Shown: one piece after another, positions 49,851 through 61,406 of the stretch | Layout: every line of letters starts with the position of its first letter | How positions within the stretch are numbered: position 1 is the first letter of the stretch | Origin: Candidatus Calescibacterium sp. | GTDB taxonomy: Bacteria; Calescibacteriota; Calescibacteriia; Calescibacteriales; Calescibacteriaceae | Direction: 5' to 3' | NCBI GenBank assembly: GCA_032249135.1 | Contig: JAVVGL010000012.1 | Span: 1-61,592, forward strand | DNA: 61,592 nt | The notes under the pieces: model-generated | Told to the model about the DNA's origin: nothing | What the model saw: only the letters and a program-made list of their open reading frames with translations | The model's database searches: none | Position numbers and translations under genes: made by a program

Positions 49851-50882
49851 ATGAAAAATAGCTTTTTTTATGATAAAGAAACTATGCATATCGGTGTTCC
49901 TCTAACTTCATCTTTATCTTATCCTACACCACGAAAGCTCAAAAAAATACAAAAGGTTTTGGAAGAATTTGGGTTCAAAGTTCATTACACAGAACTTCTG
50001 ATAAAGGTGGCAGAAACAGCGGAATACAGGAAACCTTTTTGGTTCGCAAAATACAAAGGTAAAAAAATAAAACTTGAAACAGAAAAACAATATGGACTTA
50101 TACCGGTTGATATAGTAGCAGAAAATTTTGAAGAAGCTTTGAGATATGATGTTATATGGTGCTGGCAGGGGGGATTTGGCTCCTCACGACTCATCAGATT
50201 TTTCAAAACAAAAAAATTTGAAGGAAAAACAATAATAGGATTTTCCGATAACACCTCAATAATGACGCTTGCTCTGAAAAATGGAGGAAATGCTATTCAA
50301 CTTGCAGGATTTGAAGACCTTTATTCAGAGAAAAAAGAAAACCTACAAAATATTTTAGATAATGTGAAAAAACTTATTCAAGGCGAGGAAGTAGAATTAG
50401 AGATAAAAGCAAAAAATAGGCTACCCTGCTATGAAGCAAAGTCAATGTATGCCGGAAATCTCACATGTTATCTTATGACAGTTCAAGAACTTGGATGGAC
50501 AGACCTTGAATACGACCTATCTTTATTTGAAGATATATTCAACGAATCATCATCTGCTACTTTTGTGGGAGACTACATTCCTTACTTTTTCTGCATACAT
50601 CTTTTAAGTCTTCATGCAAACAAAAGAAAGATGTTAGCATTCGGAAAAATGCAGGGTATAAGAAAAGACAAAATAAAAATTTCACTCAAAGAATACTATA
50701 AGGGTAAATTTGCTTATGGAATAGACTGGGGACATAATGGACAAGATTTAAAAATAGTTCCATCATTCAAAAAAGGAGAGGGAGAAGCCGTGATGAAGAA
50801 CGATAAACTCAAAATACAGGTGAAGTTCAAAAAAGTAGAGAAAAGGAAATTTATTGTTCAGCCGAGATTGACTGCAAAATAA
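49851..50882 (+). CDS. LD-carboxypeptidase (peptidase S66) family protein, divergent
   Basis: GGFGSSRL, GFSDNT (Ser), GNL, FEDI (Glu), WGH (His). Confidence 0.8.
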   Translation: MKNSFFYDKETMHIGVPLTSSLSYPTPRKLKKIQKVLEEFGFKVHYTELLIKVAETAEYRKPFWFAKYKGKKIKLETEKQYGLIPVDIVAENFEEALRYDVIWCWQGGFGSSRLIRFFKTKKFEGKTIIGFSDNTSIMTLALKNGGNAIQLAGFEDLYSEKKENLQNILDNVKKLIQGEEVELEIKAKNRLPCYEAKSMYAGNLTCYLMTVQELGWTDLEYDLSLFEDIFNESSSATFVGDYIPYFFCIHLLSLHANKRKMLAFGKMQGIRKDKIKISLKEYYKGKFAYGIDWGHNGQDLKIVPSFKKGEGEAVMKNDKLKIQVKFKKVEKRKFIVQPRLTAK

Positions 50883-52695
50883 TATCAGCCAAAGGAGAAA
50901 TTATTGAGCCTGCTTTCTGAACAATTATAGCCAAGCTCTTGTTGAACATATATAAATTAGGATGTTTCCACTCATCTGAAAGATATTCTCTCTCATAAAC
51001 GCTGCAATCAGCCCAAATATTTGTATTTTTTAGGCGAACATATAAAATCCCTCCAAGGGAGGGGTCCTGAACATTCAGATATGGAATGAGAATAAGGTTG
51101 GAAACTATATCCGCAAGGTAAGGCACAGGAATATATGGAATAGATCGTATAAAAACACAATCAGGAGGTATAGTATAATCTGAAACTTGCATTCCATAAA
51201 AAGTTATATAAGGCGGAAAATTGAAATGAGATGAATCAAAATTGAAAAGATAATAAACATTGTCTTTGCGCGATGGCGGAACCTCAGCTTCTATCATAAA
51301 TTCCCATCTTTTGATAGGCTTTCCATCTTTATCAATAACCTTATTTTCAAACCAGTAAGGGAGAAGCTCCCTTATAGGTTTCGGATTTTGAAAGTATTTT
51401 ACAATATCAAATCTCAAAAAATCGTCAAATTTTGCTGTGTTCAGAGCTTGCAAGAAAAAATTAAAATCGGCAATTGAGATGCAATTATCCGGACATCCTC
51501 TTTTGCCTTCTTGCAAAATTTTCTTTATCTTTTCGCTCAAATCAAAAACTTGCTGAACAAAATCCAAAGATATAAGATAGGGAACTTTTATTTTAACTTT
51601 GTTCAGAGATGCTCTCACTTTCCCTGCTACAACCTCTCCTTTCAGCTTTATTTCAATTTCATCTAATGGAGAAGCTATCGTGACAGAGTAAGGATTATAA
51701 CCTATTTTTCTCTCTCCTGATTTATCGTAAAACACGATAGTATATTTTTCTTTTTCTTCTTGTTTCATATTACCTCTTGATTCAAGTGATTTAAGGAAAG
51801 ACCATCCAGATTCTATTGAGTTTGTAATAAAGTTCGGCATTTGCCTGATATATTTTTGTCCGTCTTGATAGAAAAGAAATGTTTTATCACATTCCTCAAC
51901 CAAAAACGCAAGAGTTCTAAGCAAACCTATTATGTTTTGGGTATCAATCTTTTTTATATTTTGAAGTACTCCAAAAGTATTGACTGAGAAATCGTGAGCC
52001 AATATAAAAGATGATATTGTGAGAACAAAGTAGCCTATATAATTTAAGAAAGAGAATTCAGCTTCACCCATTCTGCCATACAAAACAAAATGGAGAGAAA
52101 AAGAGTTCCCAATAGACAACCTTAAAGGATAATTTATATCTATTTCACATTTTTGTGAGATAGCTTGTTTTAACATCTTCAATCCTTCCTCAGTATCGGT
52201 GTGAAGGGAAGAGACGAATTCACGAATTAATCTATCAAGAGAGTTATCACAAGACTGTTTTGTGAGTAATTTGCCAGACGAGGCATATTCAAGCTCAATT
52301 TTGTGGCCAGGCAGGGTGGGGGGGATCCTTGATGTTGTTTGTGCTGATCCGCTTCCATAAACGCTTACGATGAAATTTATTATTGCCCCCAGCTTTGCAA
52401 GGTATTCCTGAATTTGGACCAGAGGAAGACCTATAAGATAACCGCAATGGCGCGGATTTTCTTTACCTAAATTTTTGAAGAATTTTTTAGCCTCCTGAAT
52501 ATTTTCTGTTTCAATATAGAGCAGACCATCTGCCAATTTAGGGTCTCTATTTGCAAGCCCTGATGAAAAATCATCTGGTTTAATCTCTTTTCCCCTGCAA
52601 CCTAAAAACAAAAAAGAGAGAAAGATAGGAGAGAAGGCGAGAATAAAGAATAATTTTTTAAGGAGGGATTTAAACTTCTGCATTCCGAGTTTCAT
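50851..52695 (-). CDS. Large hypothetical lipoprotein
   Basis: Signal peptide ending FLGC; helical body; C-terminal DPSLGGIL. Confidence 0.7.
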   Translation of the reverse strand: MKLGMQKFKSLLKKLFFILAFSPIFLSFLFLGCRGKEIKPDDFSSGLANRDPKLADGLLYIETENIQEAKKFFKNLGKENPRHCGYLIGLPLVQIQEYLAKLGAIINFIVSVYGSGSAQTTSRIPPTLPGHKIELEYASSGKLLTKQSCDNSLDRLIREFVSSLHTDTEEGLKMLKQAISQKCEIDINYPLRLSIGNSFSLHFVLYGRMGEAEFSFLNYIGYFVLTISSFILAHDFSVNTFGVLQNIKKIDTQNIIGLLRTLAFLVEECDKTFLFYQDGQKYIRQMPNFITNSIESGWSFLKSLESRGNMKQEEKEKYTIVFYDKSGERKIGYNPYSVTIASPLDEIEIKLKGEVVAGKVRASLNKVKIKVPYLISLDFVQQVFDLSEKIKKILQEGKRGCPDNCISIADFNFFLQALNTAKFDDFLRFDIVKYFQNPKPIRELLPYWFENKVIDKDGKPIKRWEFMIEAEVPPSRKDNVYYLFNFDSSHFNFPPYITFYGMQVSDYTIPPDCVFIRSIPYIPVPYLADIVSNLILIPYLNVQDPSLGGILYVRLKNTNIWADCSVYEREYLSDEWKHPNLYMFNKSLAIIVQKAGSIISPLADIILQSISAEQ

Positions 52696-52725
52696 TCTTA
52701 CTTACTTATTTTCTTTTCCTTGTAC

Positions 52726-54672
52726 CTAAATTGATTGCTTGCGCTTATAGGATCTTCTTACTTCTCTCAGAACAAATATTACGAAAATGGCAAAAATATG
52801 ATATGGACTTTGCGGAGGCGTGGTTGAACATCCTCCACCTTCTTCTGATTCTTTTCTCTTCTGGTAATACCCGGTAACGCTATCTGGGAAATCAGCATTA
52901 ATACATTCATTGCACCTATTTACCTTTATTGTCCACTTTGAAAGAATAATTTCAATGAGGTCACTTTTTGCGAAGAATCCGAACGGACAACCAATTATAG
53001 GGGGGCACTGCCGAGAGTAGTCCTGCTTTACAAGTATGACATCACAGGTATCATCCAAATTAGGCGGAATAAAAATCGAATACTCAGACTGACAAGTTAA
53101 GTAAATCGCCTGATCAAGTATACCCCCTACTGACTGACAAATTAATCTCAACCTACAACTAGTACATTCTGGACCGACAGATTTAAGTTTTATAATACCT
53201 GGGGATGAAGCGGGAAGTGGATAGATTTCCCTCACAACCGGAAGTCCGGGAGGTAGAGGAACACCGTCAACAGCATAGAAAACTCCTGTTTTTGGTCTTG
53301 TAAATAGCTCCCACCCAAATGGGATATACTTTGTAAAAGCATTATATAGAACGATTATAGGATATCCCCCGAGAGCCATTGCTATTGTGCTGATTATAAA
53401 CTCTCCATTATAAGCACAGCTTGCAAACCCAACTCTATTCAAAATTCTATAAATAAATGAATTCTGATCAACAAAGTGGGAAACAAGAACTCTTATAATC
53501 TCATCCCACGTTCTGCCTATAAGTTGGCTTATACCTTCTATTGAACCTGTATCTAAAATATTTTGAGCAGTAGCAACAGCCCATCCCCATGTATCTCCAT
53601 CTGGTATGCATGAAGCAATATTTGGAACAGCAACCTCAATAACATACCTTACAATCCTTCCAAAGTTTGCAGCAAGACCTATTCTTTTTATGGGATCTGT
53701 GAATATAGACCAACTCATCTCAAAACCCTTCTCAACTCTTATAGCATATGTTGCGCCACTAGGTAATGTAATTTGAGTATCAACTTTTGGATTTATAAAA
53801 TTCAAAGTTATAATATTGCCAGGAGAAAGGTCTATTTTTGCTTTTTGAGCGTTCAAAACAGCATAACGCCTTATCCTATCTAACCTACCGGGATCAAATC
53901 CCTCTATCACACCTACTCCATAGAATATCATATGTTGAACAGTAAACTTGACATCAAGACCCGGAGCGTCTTGAAATTTAGCAACTCCTTGATCTGAAAT
54001 ATCGCAAGGAACTTCGGTATAAAATGTTTCATCTTTTGGGAAAAATCTTGCCGCTTTTTTCGTTTCATCAGCTGGGAAAATTTTTTCCCTGACATCTTCT
54101 GCAATCTGCGCTGCAAGTCCGAAAACCTCCGGGTAATTGCCTGATAAAATCTCACCCGGTTTCGTTTCAGAGATTTTCTTCACAAGCTCTTCAAATTTTG
54201 GATGTTCAACCACAAACTTCGCTGCATAGACCAAAGCTCGTGGAGTAAACATCCAAAAGTAACCGGGAGCGTTCATAACAAGCCACAAAGCTGTGGTTCT
54301 CTCATCTATATTTGCATACTCAGCACCTACAAAATGAGAAAGTGAATTTGCACTATCACCCCAGACCTCTCTCACAAGCTCATAAGGTAAAACATAAGCC
54401 ATAAGGTAAGTTTTATTCTTTTCAGGTTCAGCGAGAAATAAAGACTGCGGAGCATCTGCCTCCCAACCTTGAAGATCAACTCTCATTTTACTTTTATCAA
54501 AGTCTTTCTCACCGTATACAGAAACTACTTTGAGACCATCTGGCAGCTTATCTTTATAAGATTGCTGCGGAGAGGAACACGAGGAAGAATAAATTATCAA
54601 GAATATAAAAGCAAAGAATAAAAAACTCCATTTACTATTATTATTACCATCCATACTCCTTAACCCCGTCAT
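52726..54672 (-). CDS. Hypothetical lipoprotein with C-terminal GGGC-TM-basic sorting motif
   Basis: N-terminal ..IIYSSSC; Cys-rich distal domain; ends EEGGGCSTTPPQSPYHIFAIFVIFVLREVRRSYKRK. Confidence 0.75.
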   Translation of the reverse strand: MTGLRSMDGNNNSKWSFLFFAFIFLIIYSSSCSSPQQSYKDKLPDGLKVVSVYGEKDFDKSKMRVDLQGWEADAPQSLFLAEPEKNKTYLMAYVLPYELVREVWGDSANSLSHFVGAEYANIDERTTALWLVMNAPGYFWMFTPRALVYAAKFVVEHPKFEELVKKISETKPGEILSGNYPEVFGLAAQIAEDVREKIFPADETKKAARFFPKDETFYTEVPCDISDQGVAKFQDAPGLDVKFTVQHMIFYGVGVIEGFDPGRLDRIRRYAVLNAQKAKIDLSPGNIITLNFINPKVDTQITLPSGATYAIRVEKGFEMSWSIFTDPIKRIGLAANFGRIVRYVIEVAVPNIASCIPDGDTWGWAVATAQNILDTGSIEGISQLIGRTWDEIIRVLVSHFVDQNSFIYRILNRVGFASCAYNGEFIISTIAMALGGYPIIVLYNAFTKYIPFGWELFTRPKTGVFYAVDGVPLPPGLPVVREIYPLPASSPGIIKLKSVGPECTSCRLRLICQSVGGILDQAIYLTCQSEYSIFIPPNLDDTCDVILVKQDYSRQCPPIIGCPFGFFAKSDLIEIILSKWTIKVNRCNECINADFPDSVTGYYQKRKESEEGGGCSTTPPQSPYHIFAIFVIFVLREVRRSYKRKQSI

Positions 54673-54805
54673 GATAAATCACCTCCTTTTTTGTTTTTTA
54701 TAAAAAAAATACCCAAAAATAATATAATCATTTTTTTAAAGATTTCCACAAAAAGTGAAAATTTTAGTTTTATTTTTTTTTAATAATTTTTGAATATAAT
54801 TAAAA

Positions 54806-55603
54806 ATGAAAAGCCAAGAAAAAAAAGACAAAGGAAAATATCTTGAAATAAGGCTTTCTGTAAATGTAGATCATGTGGCTTCGTTAAGAGAGGCAAGGAA
54901 AGAAAAAGAGCCAGATCCAGTCCATGCAGCAGTCCTCGCTAAAATTGGTGGAGCGGATGGAATAACAGTACACCTCAGAAAAGATAGAAGACATATAAAA
55001 GAAAGAGATGTAAAAATGATAAAAGAAGCGGTAGATTTACCTTTAACTGTTGAGATGGGGTTGTTTGAGGATATTTTAGATTTTGTACTTGAAGTAAAAC
55101 CAGCAAAAGTCACTTTGGTACCTGAAAGACAGGGGGAAGTGACAACAGAAGGAGGAATGGACCTTAAACCAGAGAGTACCAAGAATGAAGTTGAAAAATT
55201 TGCGAAGGCTCTTCAAGAAAAAGGTATAAGAGTGGGAGTTTTTATAGATGCAGATGAGAAAACTGTTGAAGTAGCAAAAGATATTGGACTTGACTTTGTT
55301 GAAATAAATACAACTCATTACGCGAAAGATCCACAGAATTTCAAAATAGTGAAAAAGATAGAAGAAGTTGCAAAGTATGCGTCAGAAAAAGGGCTTGAAG
55401 TTATGGCAGGGCATGCTTTGAGTGTAGCAAATGTTTCAAAGATAGCGCAAATAATTTACATAGAAGAACTCTCAATAGGGTTTTCAATAGTAGCAAGAGC
55501 AGTTTTTGTTGGTTTTGAGCGAGCAGTCAGAGAAATGAAAGATGAAATGATGAGAGCAAGATTTTTAGCAATATCTTCTATGGACAACTTCAAAATATCT
55601 TGA
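54806..55603 (+). CDS. pdxJ: Pyridoxine 5'-phosphate synthase
   Basis: LSVNVDHVASLREAR, GITVHLRKDRRHI, LVPER..TTEGG, AGHAL. Confidence 0.96.
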   Translation: MKSQEKKDKGKYLEIRLSVNVDHVASLREARKEKEPDPVHAAVLAKIGGADGITVHLRKDRRHIKERDVKMIKEAVDLPLTVEMGLFEDILDFVLEVKPAKVTLVPERQGEVTTEGGMDLKPESTKNEVEKFAKALQEKGIRVGVFIDADEKTVEVAKDIGLDFVEINTTHYAKDPQNFKIVKKIEEVAKYASEKGLEVMAGHALSVANVSKIAQIIYIEELSIGFSIVARAVFVGFERAVREMKDEMMRARFLAISSMDNFKIS

Positions 55604-55658
55604 ATCCAAATAAGTTCAAGGAAGTGCAGAATTTTTCGTGCAGGAGAAAATTTTCCTT

Positions 55659-56576
55659 TTAAGAAAAAAATTTTTCTTCAGCAAACCTTTCTGAAAGGAT
55701 AGAAATTGCAGTTTTCAAAGCCTTTCTTGATGGTAAAACATCATGGACCCTGAAAATTCTTGCTCCTTTTTGAAGCGCTATTGATATTGCAGATATCGTT
55801 CCTTCAAGTCGCTCGGAAGGAGGTGGGGGATTCTCTTGCGATATACAAAATCCTATAAATGATTTTCTTGACACTCCCAAAAGCAAAGGATAATTTAGCT
55901 CCGATACTATCTCGTCAAGTCTATTTATAATTATGAGGTTCTGATGAGGTTTTTTACCAAAACCTATACCTGGGTCTAAAATGACTTTTATTCCTAAATT
56001 TTCGGCTATATTTGCGGATGAAGAAAGATAAAGTTTTATTTTCTCAATAAGTTCCGTGTCTTCTAATAGTTTTGATTGCATAATTTTTGGTTTAGCTGTA
56101 ATATGCATTACGATAGCTGGTGCTTTATATTTTTGGCAGATATAAGGAATTTTCTCATCAAATCTGAATCCAGAAATATCATTTACGATATCGGCTCCCA
56201 AATCAAGCGCAATTTCAGCAACAGAAGACCTATAAGTATCAACTGAAATGGGAATACGAGGAAAATTTTTTCTTATCTCATAAATAACATTTTTTATTCT
56301 TCTTATTTCTTCTTCTTCTGGAATTTCATCTGCACCGGGACGAGTGGATTGTCCTCCTATGTCTATTATGTCTACACCTTCTTCTATCATTTTTTCAGCA
56401 GCTAAAATCGCTTCTTTTTCGTTCTCATATCCAAAATAGAAAGAATCTGGGGACATATTTAGTATTCCCATGATGAAAACATAATTTTTGGTATCAAGAA
56501 TTTGACCACAAGCTGGCAGTTCAATTTCAAATCTACTACGAAGATTTTCAGAAATATTTGATGGGAAATAGATCAT
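55659..56576 (-). CDS. folP: Dihydropteroate synthase
   Basis: MGILNMSPDSF, DIGGQSTRPG, SVDT, NDISG, DPGIGFGK, SRKSF, RVHDV. Confidence 0.96.
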   Translation of the reverse strand: MIYFPSNISENLRSRFEIELPACGQILDTKNYVFIMGILNMSPDSFYFGYENEKEAILAAEKMIEEGVDIIDIGGQSTRPGADEIPEEEEIRRIKNVIYEIRKNFPRIPISVDTYRSSVAEIALDLGADIVNDISGFRFDEKIPYICQKYKAPAIVMHITAKPKIMQSKLLEDTELIEKIKLYLSSSANIAENLGIKVILDPGIGFGKKPHQNLIIINRLDEIVSELNYPLLLGVSRKSFIGFCISQENPPPPSERLEGTISAISIALQKGARIFRVHDVLPSRKALKTAISILSERFAEEKFFS

Positions 56577-56587
56577 TGTAATGAGAA

Positions 56588-58357
56588 TTAAGTTAGCAAG
56601 GCATCTAGTTCCTTTGCAGTAAGTGTTTCTTTTTCAAAAAGTTCCTTAGCCAATTTGTGCAGTTTATCTATATTATTAGAAATTATAGTTTTTGCTCTGT
56701 TGTAGCAAGTTAAGATTATATTTCTTACTTCTTCGTCAAGTTTTCTTGCGGTCTCTTCTGATATTGTTTCGGTTCTTGAAATTTCTCTGCCGAGAAATAT
56801 ATATTCTTCTTTTGATTTGAAAGCAATTGGTCCAAGTGAAGACATTCCCCACTCATATACCATTTTTCTTGCAAGTTCGGTAGATTTTTCTATGTCATCA
56901 GCTGCTCCGGTGGAGATTGAATTAAATAATAGCTCTTCGGATGCAGATCCACCAAGAAGAACGGAAATTTTTTTCATAAGATACTCTTTATCCATAATGT
57001 ATCTATCTTCTTCCGGGACCTGTAAGGTAACACCGAGTGCCCTCCCACGAGGGATTATTGAGACTTTTTCTATAGGGTCTGGACCTTCAATTTTTGCGAC
57101 AAGAGCATGACCTGCCTCATGATAAGCAATTCTCCTTTTTTGTTCTTCTGTAAGATAAATTCCTTTTCTTTCTACTCCCATTATCATTTTATCTCTTGCA
57201 CGCATAAGAAGTTCTTCATCTACAAAGTTTTTCTTTTCTCTTATAGCCATAATTGCTGCATCATTTATCATACTTTCTATATCAGCTCCTGAAAATCCTG
57301 GAATTGATCTTGCTATTTTCTCTATGTCTATATTCGGGTCAGCTTTGACTCTTTTGAGGTGAACTTTTAGTATCTCAATTCTACCTTTTAGATCAGGTAA
57401 GGGAAAATAAATTTTTCTATCAAATCTTCCAGGTCTCAGTAAAGCTGGATCAAGAATATCGGGTCTATTTGTTGCTGCTATAACCACTATTGGCTCTCCT
57501 CTTGATTCTATTCCATCAAGCTCAACAAGAAGTTGATTTAAAGTCTGTTCCCTTTCATCATGACCTCCGCCAATTCCTGTTCCTCTTCCTCTTCCCACTG
57601 CATCTATTTCATCTATGAAGATTATGCATGGAGCATTTTTTCTTGCTCTCTCAAAAAGGTCTCGGACTCTTGCTGAACCAACGCCAACGAAAAGTTCAAT
57701 AAAAGAAGAACCAACTTCATAAAAAAATGGGACTCCGGCTTCATTTGCTATTGCTTTTGCAAGGAGGGTTTTCCCGGAGCCGGGCGGTCCTATAAAAATT
57801 ACACCTTTTGGAGGTCTTATTCCAAACTCTTTGAACTTATCAGGATTTTTCAGATAGTCAATTATGTCTTTTACTTCTTGTTTTACCTCATCAAGTCCTG
57901 CGACATCATCAAAAGTAACCTTATTTTCTTTTTTCGGAACGAAGACTTTTGCTCTTGAACGAGTAAAAGATATGGCACGAGCATTTCCCCTTTCAATACC
58001 TCTTATAAAACTAAAAATAAGAAAAATTATTAGCAAGGTAGGAACCCAAGCTATCAGAATATCTCTTAAAATAGAAGGTTTTTCCTCTGGCACTATATTT
58101 ACCTTTACACCACTTTCGTAAAGTTTTTTGATAAGTTCCCATTCTACAAGTCCATAAGTTCTGAATGCTTTTCCGTCTCTGAAAGTTCCCTCAATTTTAT
58201 TTCCTTTTATCTTTACTTCATCTACACTTTCTAACTTGTTTATGAAATCAGTAAAACTCAAATCCTCAAACTTTTGATTCTGCTGGACATCAACGATTGC
58301 TCTGTAAATCAAGATTGATCCTGCAAAAATCAAAAGCCATATAAGTATGTATCTCAT
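56588..58357 (-). CDS. ftsH: ATP-dependent zinc metalloprotease FtsH
   Basis: 2 TM segments, [31 protein letters not shown]. Confidence 0.97.
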   Translation of the reverse strand: MRYILIWLLIFAGSILIYRAIVDVQQNQKFEDLSFTDFINKLESVDEVKIKGNKIEGTFRDGKAFRTYGLVEWELIKKLYESGVKVNIVPEEKPSILRDILIAWVPTLLIIFLIFSFIRGIERGNARAISFTRSRAKVFVPKKENKVTFDDVAGLDEVKQEVKDIIDYLKNPDKFKEFGIRPPKGVIFIGPPGSGKTLLAKAIANEAGVPFFYEVGSSFIELFVGVGSARVRDLFERARKNAPCIIFIDEIDAVGRGRGTGIGGGHDEREQTLNQLLVELDGIESRGEPIVVIAATNRPDILDPALLRPGRFDRKIYFPLPDLKGRIEILKVHLKRVKADPNIDIEKIARSIPGFSGADIESMINDAAIMAIREKKNFVDEELLMRARDKMIMGVERKGIYLTEEQKRRIAYHEAGHALVAKIEGPDPIEKVSIIPRGRALGVTLQVPEEDRYIMDKEYLMKKISVLLGGSASEELLFNSISTGAADDIEKSTELARKMVYEWGMSSLGPIAFKSKEEYIFLGREISRTETISEETARKLDEEVRNIILTCYNRAKTIISNNIDKLHKLAKELFEKETLTAKELDALLT

Positions 58358-58490
58358 TTCAGTAAAAATTAATGTGAAAGAAAAAAAATTGTTTTTTGAC
58401 GACTAATTCGTGTTTTCAAAGAGATAAAAATGTAAATAAAACATTTCCAAAATATGAGAAAAAGTTTTATTTTGAAACTAAATTTTTTAT

Positions 58491-60311
58491 GTGATACTAA
58501 ATTGGCTCATAGGTGGTCCCCAGGGAATGGGGGTTGATACTTCTGCGAATTCTTTTGCGAGGTCCTGCGCGTACGCTGGATACTGGATTTTTGGCAAAAG
58601 AGAATACCACTCAAACATAACAGGAGAACATTCATATTTTATAGTAACAGTATCAGATAAAGAGATAAAGAGCTTCCGAGATCCAATAGATGTTCTTGTA
58701 TCTTTTGAAGAAAGAACTTTGAAATTTCACATAAAAGATGTAAAGCCCGGAGGAGTTGTAATATACGATGCAGAAATAGACCTTGAAAAGCTGGGAATAA
58801 AGAGAGATGATGTGGTTTTCATTCCAATAAAGTACAACGAGATAATAAAAGAAACAGCGGAAAAATTTGGTTTGGGAGATTTTAAAAAACTGCAAGTTAT
58901 GAGAAACTCAATAAGCGTTTTTGCATCAGCAGGAGCTATTGATTTACCCGCAGAATGTGTAATAAAATCTATGGATTTCATATTTACAGGAAAAAGAAGA
59001 AAGGTATTGGAGCCAAATAAATTCGCAGGACTCATAGGTTATGAGATTGCAAAAAAATTTCAAGACAAAATAAAAATAAAGCTTCCAAAAATTGAGCGAA
59101 ACTCGCAACAAAAAAGAGTAATCCTTACAGGAACTCAGGCAACAGCTTTGGGGAAAATTGTCGCAGGATGCAGATTCCAAACTTATTACCCAATAACACC
59201 AGCAACAGATGAAAGCGAGTTTTTGGAGTCAATAGCTAAAAAATATAATATGGTTGTTGTTCAAACAGAAGATGAAATAGCGGCTGTGACTATGATACAA
59301 GGAGCTGCACTTTGCGGAGCAAGAGCTGCATCCTCTACATCTGGTCCCGGATTTTCCCTTATGTCTGAGGGGTTAGGATGGGCAGGGATGAACGAAGTTC
59401 CAATAGTTGTCATAAATTATCAAAGAGGAGGTCCGGCGACAGGATTACCTACAAGGTATGAGCAAGGAGATCTGAAATTCGCAGTATATGCTGCTCACGG
59501 TGAGTTCCCAAGAATAGTTTTAGCACCGGGAGATATAGAGGAAGCGTTTTACATAACAGTAGAAGCTTTCAACCTGGCAGAAATATATCAGTGCCCTGTA
59601 ATAGTATTAGAAGATAAACTCCTTGCAAATGGAATTCAGACAATAAATTATCCTGACATAAGTAAAGTAAAAATAAACAGAGGGAAAATCGTAAAAGATG
59701 GTCAAGACGGTTATGACAAAAAATTTACAAAATTCAAAAGATTTGAAATCACAGAAGATGGAGTTTCACCAAGAGTATTTGTGGGACAACCTGGATTTGT
59801 TTTCTGGAACACCGGGGATGAGCACGATGAATTTGGACACATAACAGAAGATCCAGAAAATAGACTTCTTATGCACGAAAAAAGAATGAAAAAACTTGAA
59901 AAAATAATTCAAGAGGTTGAAGAGGAAAAGAAAATAAATGTTTTTGGAGATGAAGATAGTGAGTTCGTTATAGTAAGTTGGGGGTCAACAAAAGGAGCAA
60001 TATTATCTGCGTTAGAAGAACTTGAAAGTGAGGGATTGAAAGCACTTTTTGTTCAAGTGAAGATGGTTCATCCGCTTGACGGAGAGCTTATAAGAAAGAA
60101 AATAAAGGGGAAAATAAAAATAGCGGTAGAAAATAATTATTCCGGGCAGCTTGCAGGACTCATAACAGAAAAAACAGGAGAGTTTTTTGATTATATGATA
60201 CTCAAGTGGAACGGAAGACCAATCTCTCACGATGAAGCTGTAAATGCTCTCAGAGAAATAATAAAAGGTAGAACAAAGAGAAAAAGAATAGTTCTTACAG
60301 CTGGATTATGA
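58491..60311 (+). CDS. 2-oxoacid:ferredoxin oxidoreductase alpha subunit (gamma-alpha fused)
   Basis: GGPQGMG, YHSNITGEH, YYPITPA, EDEIAA, TSGPGFSLM, QRGGPATGLPT. Confidence 0.95.
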   Translation: MILNWLIGGPQGMGVDTSANSFARSCAYAGYWIFGKREYHSNITGEHSYFIVTVSDKEIKSFRDPIDVLVSFEERTLKFHIKDVKPGGVVIYDAEIDLEKLGIKRDDVVFIPIKYNEIIKETAEKFGLGDFKKLQVMRNSISVFASAGAIDLPAECVIKSMDFIFTGKRRKVLEPNKFAGLIGYEIAKKFQDKIKIKLPKIERNSQQKRVILTGTQATALGKIVAGCRFQTYYPITPATDESEFLESIAKKYNMVVVQTEDEIAAVTMIQGAALCGARAASSTSGPGFSLMSEGLGWAGMNEVPIVVINYQRGGPATGLPTRYEQGDLKFAVYAAHGEFPRIVLAPGDIEEAFYITVEAFNLAEIYQCPVIVLEDKLLANGIQTINYPDISKVKINRGKIVKDGQDGYDKKFTKFKRFEITEDGVSPRVFVGQPGFVFWNTGDEHDEFGHITEDPENRLLMHEKRMKKLEKIIQEVEEEKKINVFGDEDSEFVIVSWGSTKGAILSALEELESEGLKALFVQVKMVHPLDGELIRKKIKGKIKIAVENNYSGQLAGLITEKTGEFFDYMILKWNGRPISHDEAVNALREIIKGRTKRKRIVLTAGL

Positions 60312-60457
60312 TAAAGCAAAAATTTAACAAAGTAGTAAGGATGGTGAAAAGAAAAAATGGAAGAAAGAAGTAAGATAAAAGGGAAGAAAGAAATAAGATA
60401 AAGATAAATAAAAAAATAAAAGGGTAAAAAAATAAAAAGAAAGGGAGGTGTAAAAAA

Positions 60458-61339
60458 ATGCAAAGTGTTTTTAGGTCTGATATAGAGTCGGATTGGTGTC
60501 CGGGTTGTGGAGATTTCGGTATTCTTTCGGCTTTAATTCAAGCTCTTTCTGAACTTGAAATACCTCCATCAAAATGTGCAATATTTTCTGGGATAGGTTG
60601 CTCGGGTAAAACTCCTCATTTTATAAATGCCTATGGAATTCACACTCTTCATGGAAGACCTCTACCTTATGCGATAGGGGCAAAGCTTGCAAATCCATCT
60701 TTGACAGTAATAGCAATAAGTGGTGATGGAGATGGATACGGAATAGGAGCTGGGCACTTTGTTAATGCTGGAAGAAGAAATGTTGATATAACTTATATCG
60801 TACATAATAATGGGGTTTATGGATTGACAAAAGGACAAGCATCTCCGACTTTGAGGAAAGGAGCTCAACCAAAGTCTTTGAAGTATCCTAACATAAACGA
60901 TATGATAAACCCGATAGCTATCGCTCTTGCGGCTGGATACACTTTTGTATCTCGTGGGTTTGCATACAATGTAAAGCATCTGAAAGATATAATAAAGCAG
61001 GCAATAGTACATAAGGGTCTTGCTCTCGTTGATGTTCTTCAACCATGTCCAGTTTTCAACACAGTAGATACAAAAGAAAGTTATATGGAAAGAATAAAGA
61101 TTCTTGATGATACTTTTCCGACATCTGATATAAAAGTTGCGATGGAAAAAGCGTTAGACCAAGATACTTTATGGATAGGGGTATTTTACAAAGATGAAAG
61201 CAAAGATACATTTGAGGAGAGGTTCCAAAAAATTCTTTCAGAATATCCTGAGGTTTGCCCAGCAAATATAAAAATGAGCGATGACGATGGGAGACCGACA
61301 TCAGATATAGGAGAAGTCTTAGAGAACTTTATTTGTTAG
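60458..61339 (+). CDS. 2-oxoacid:ferredoxin oxidoreductase beta subunit
   Basis: WCPGCGDF, GIGCS, HGR, GDGD, NNGVYGLTKGQASPT, QPCP. Confidence 0.96.
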   Translation: MQSVFRSDIESDWCPGCGDFGILSALIQALSELEIPPSKCAIFSGIGCSGKTPHFINAYGIHTLHGRPLPYAIGAKLANPSLTVIAISGDGDGYGIGAGHFVNAGRRNVDITYIVHNNGVYGLTKGQASPTLRKGAQPKSLKYPNINDMINPIAIALAAGYTFVSRGFAYNVKHLKDIIKQAIVHKGLALVDVLQPCPVFNTVDTKESYMERIKILDDTFPTSDIKVAMEKALDQDTLWIGVFYKDESKDTFEERFQKILSEYPEVCPANIKMSDDDGRPTSDIGEVLENFIC

Positions 61340-61406
61340 GGATTGAGGAGAGAGGGGAAATTTTCAGGGGCTGATTTTTATATAGGATTTTTGCTTTTGA
61401 AAATCT

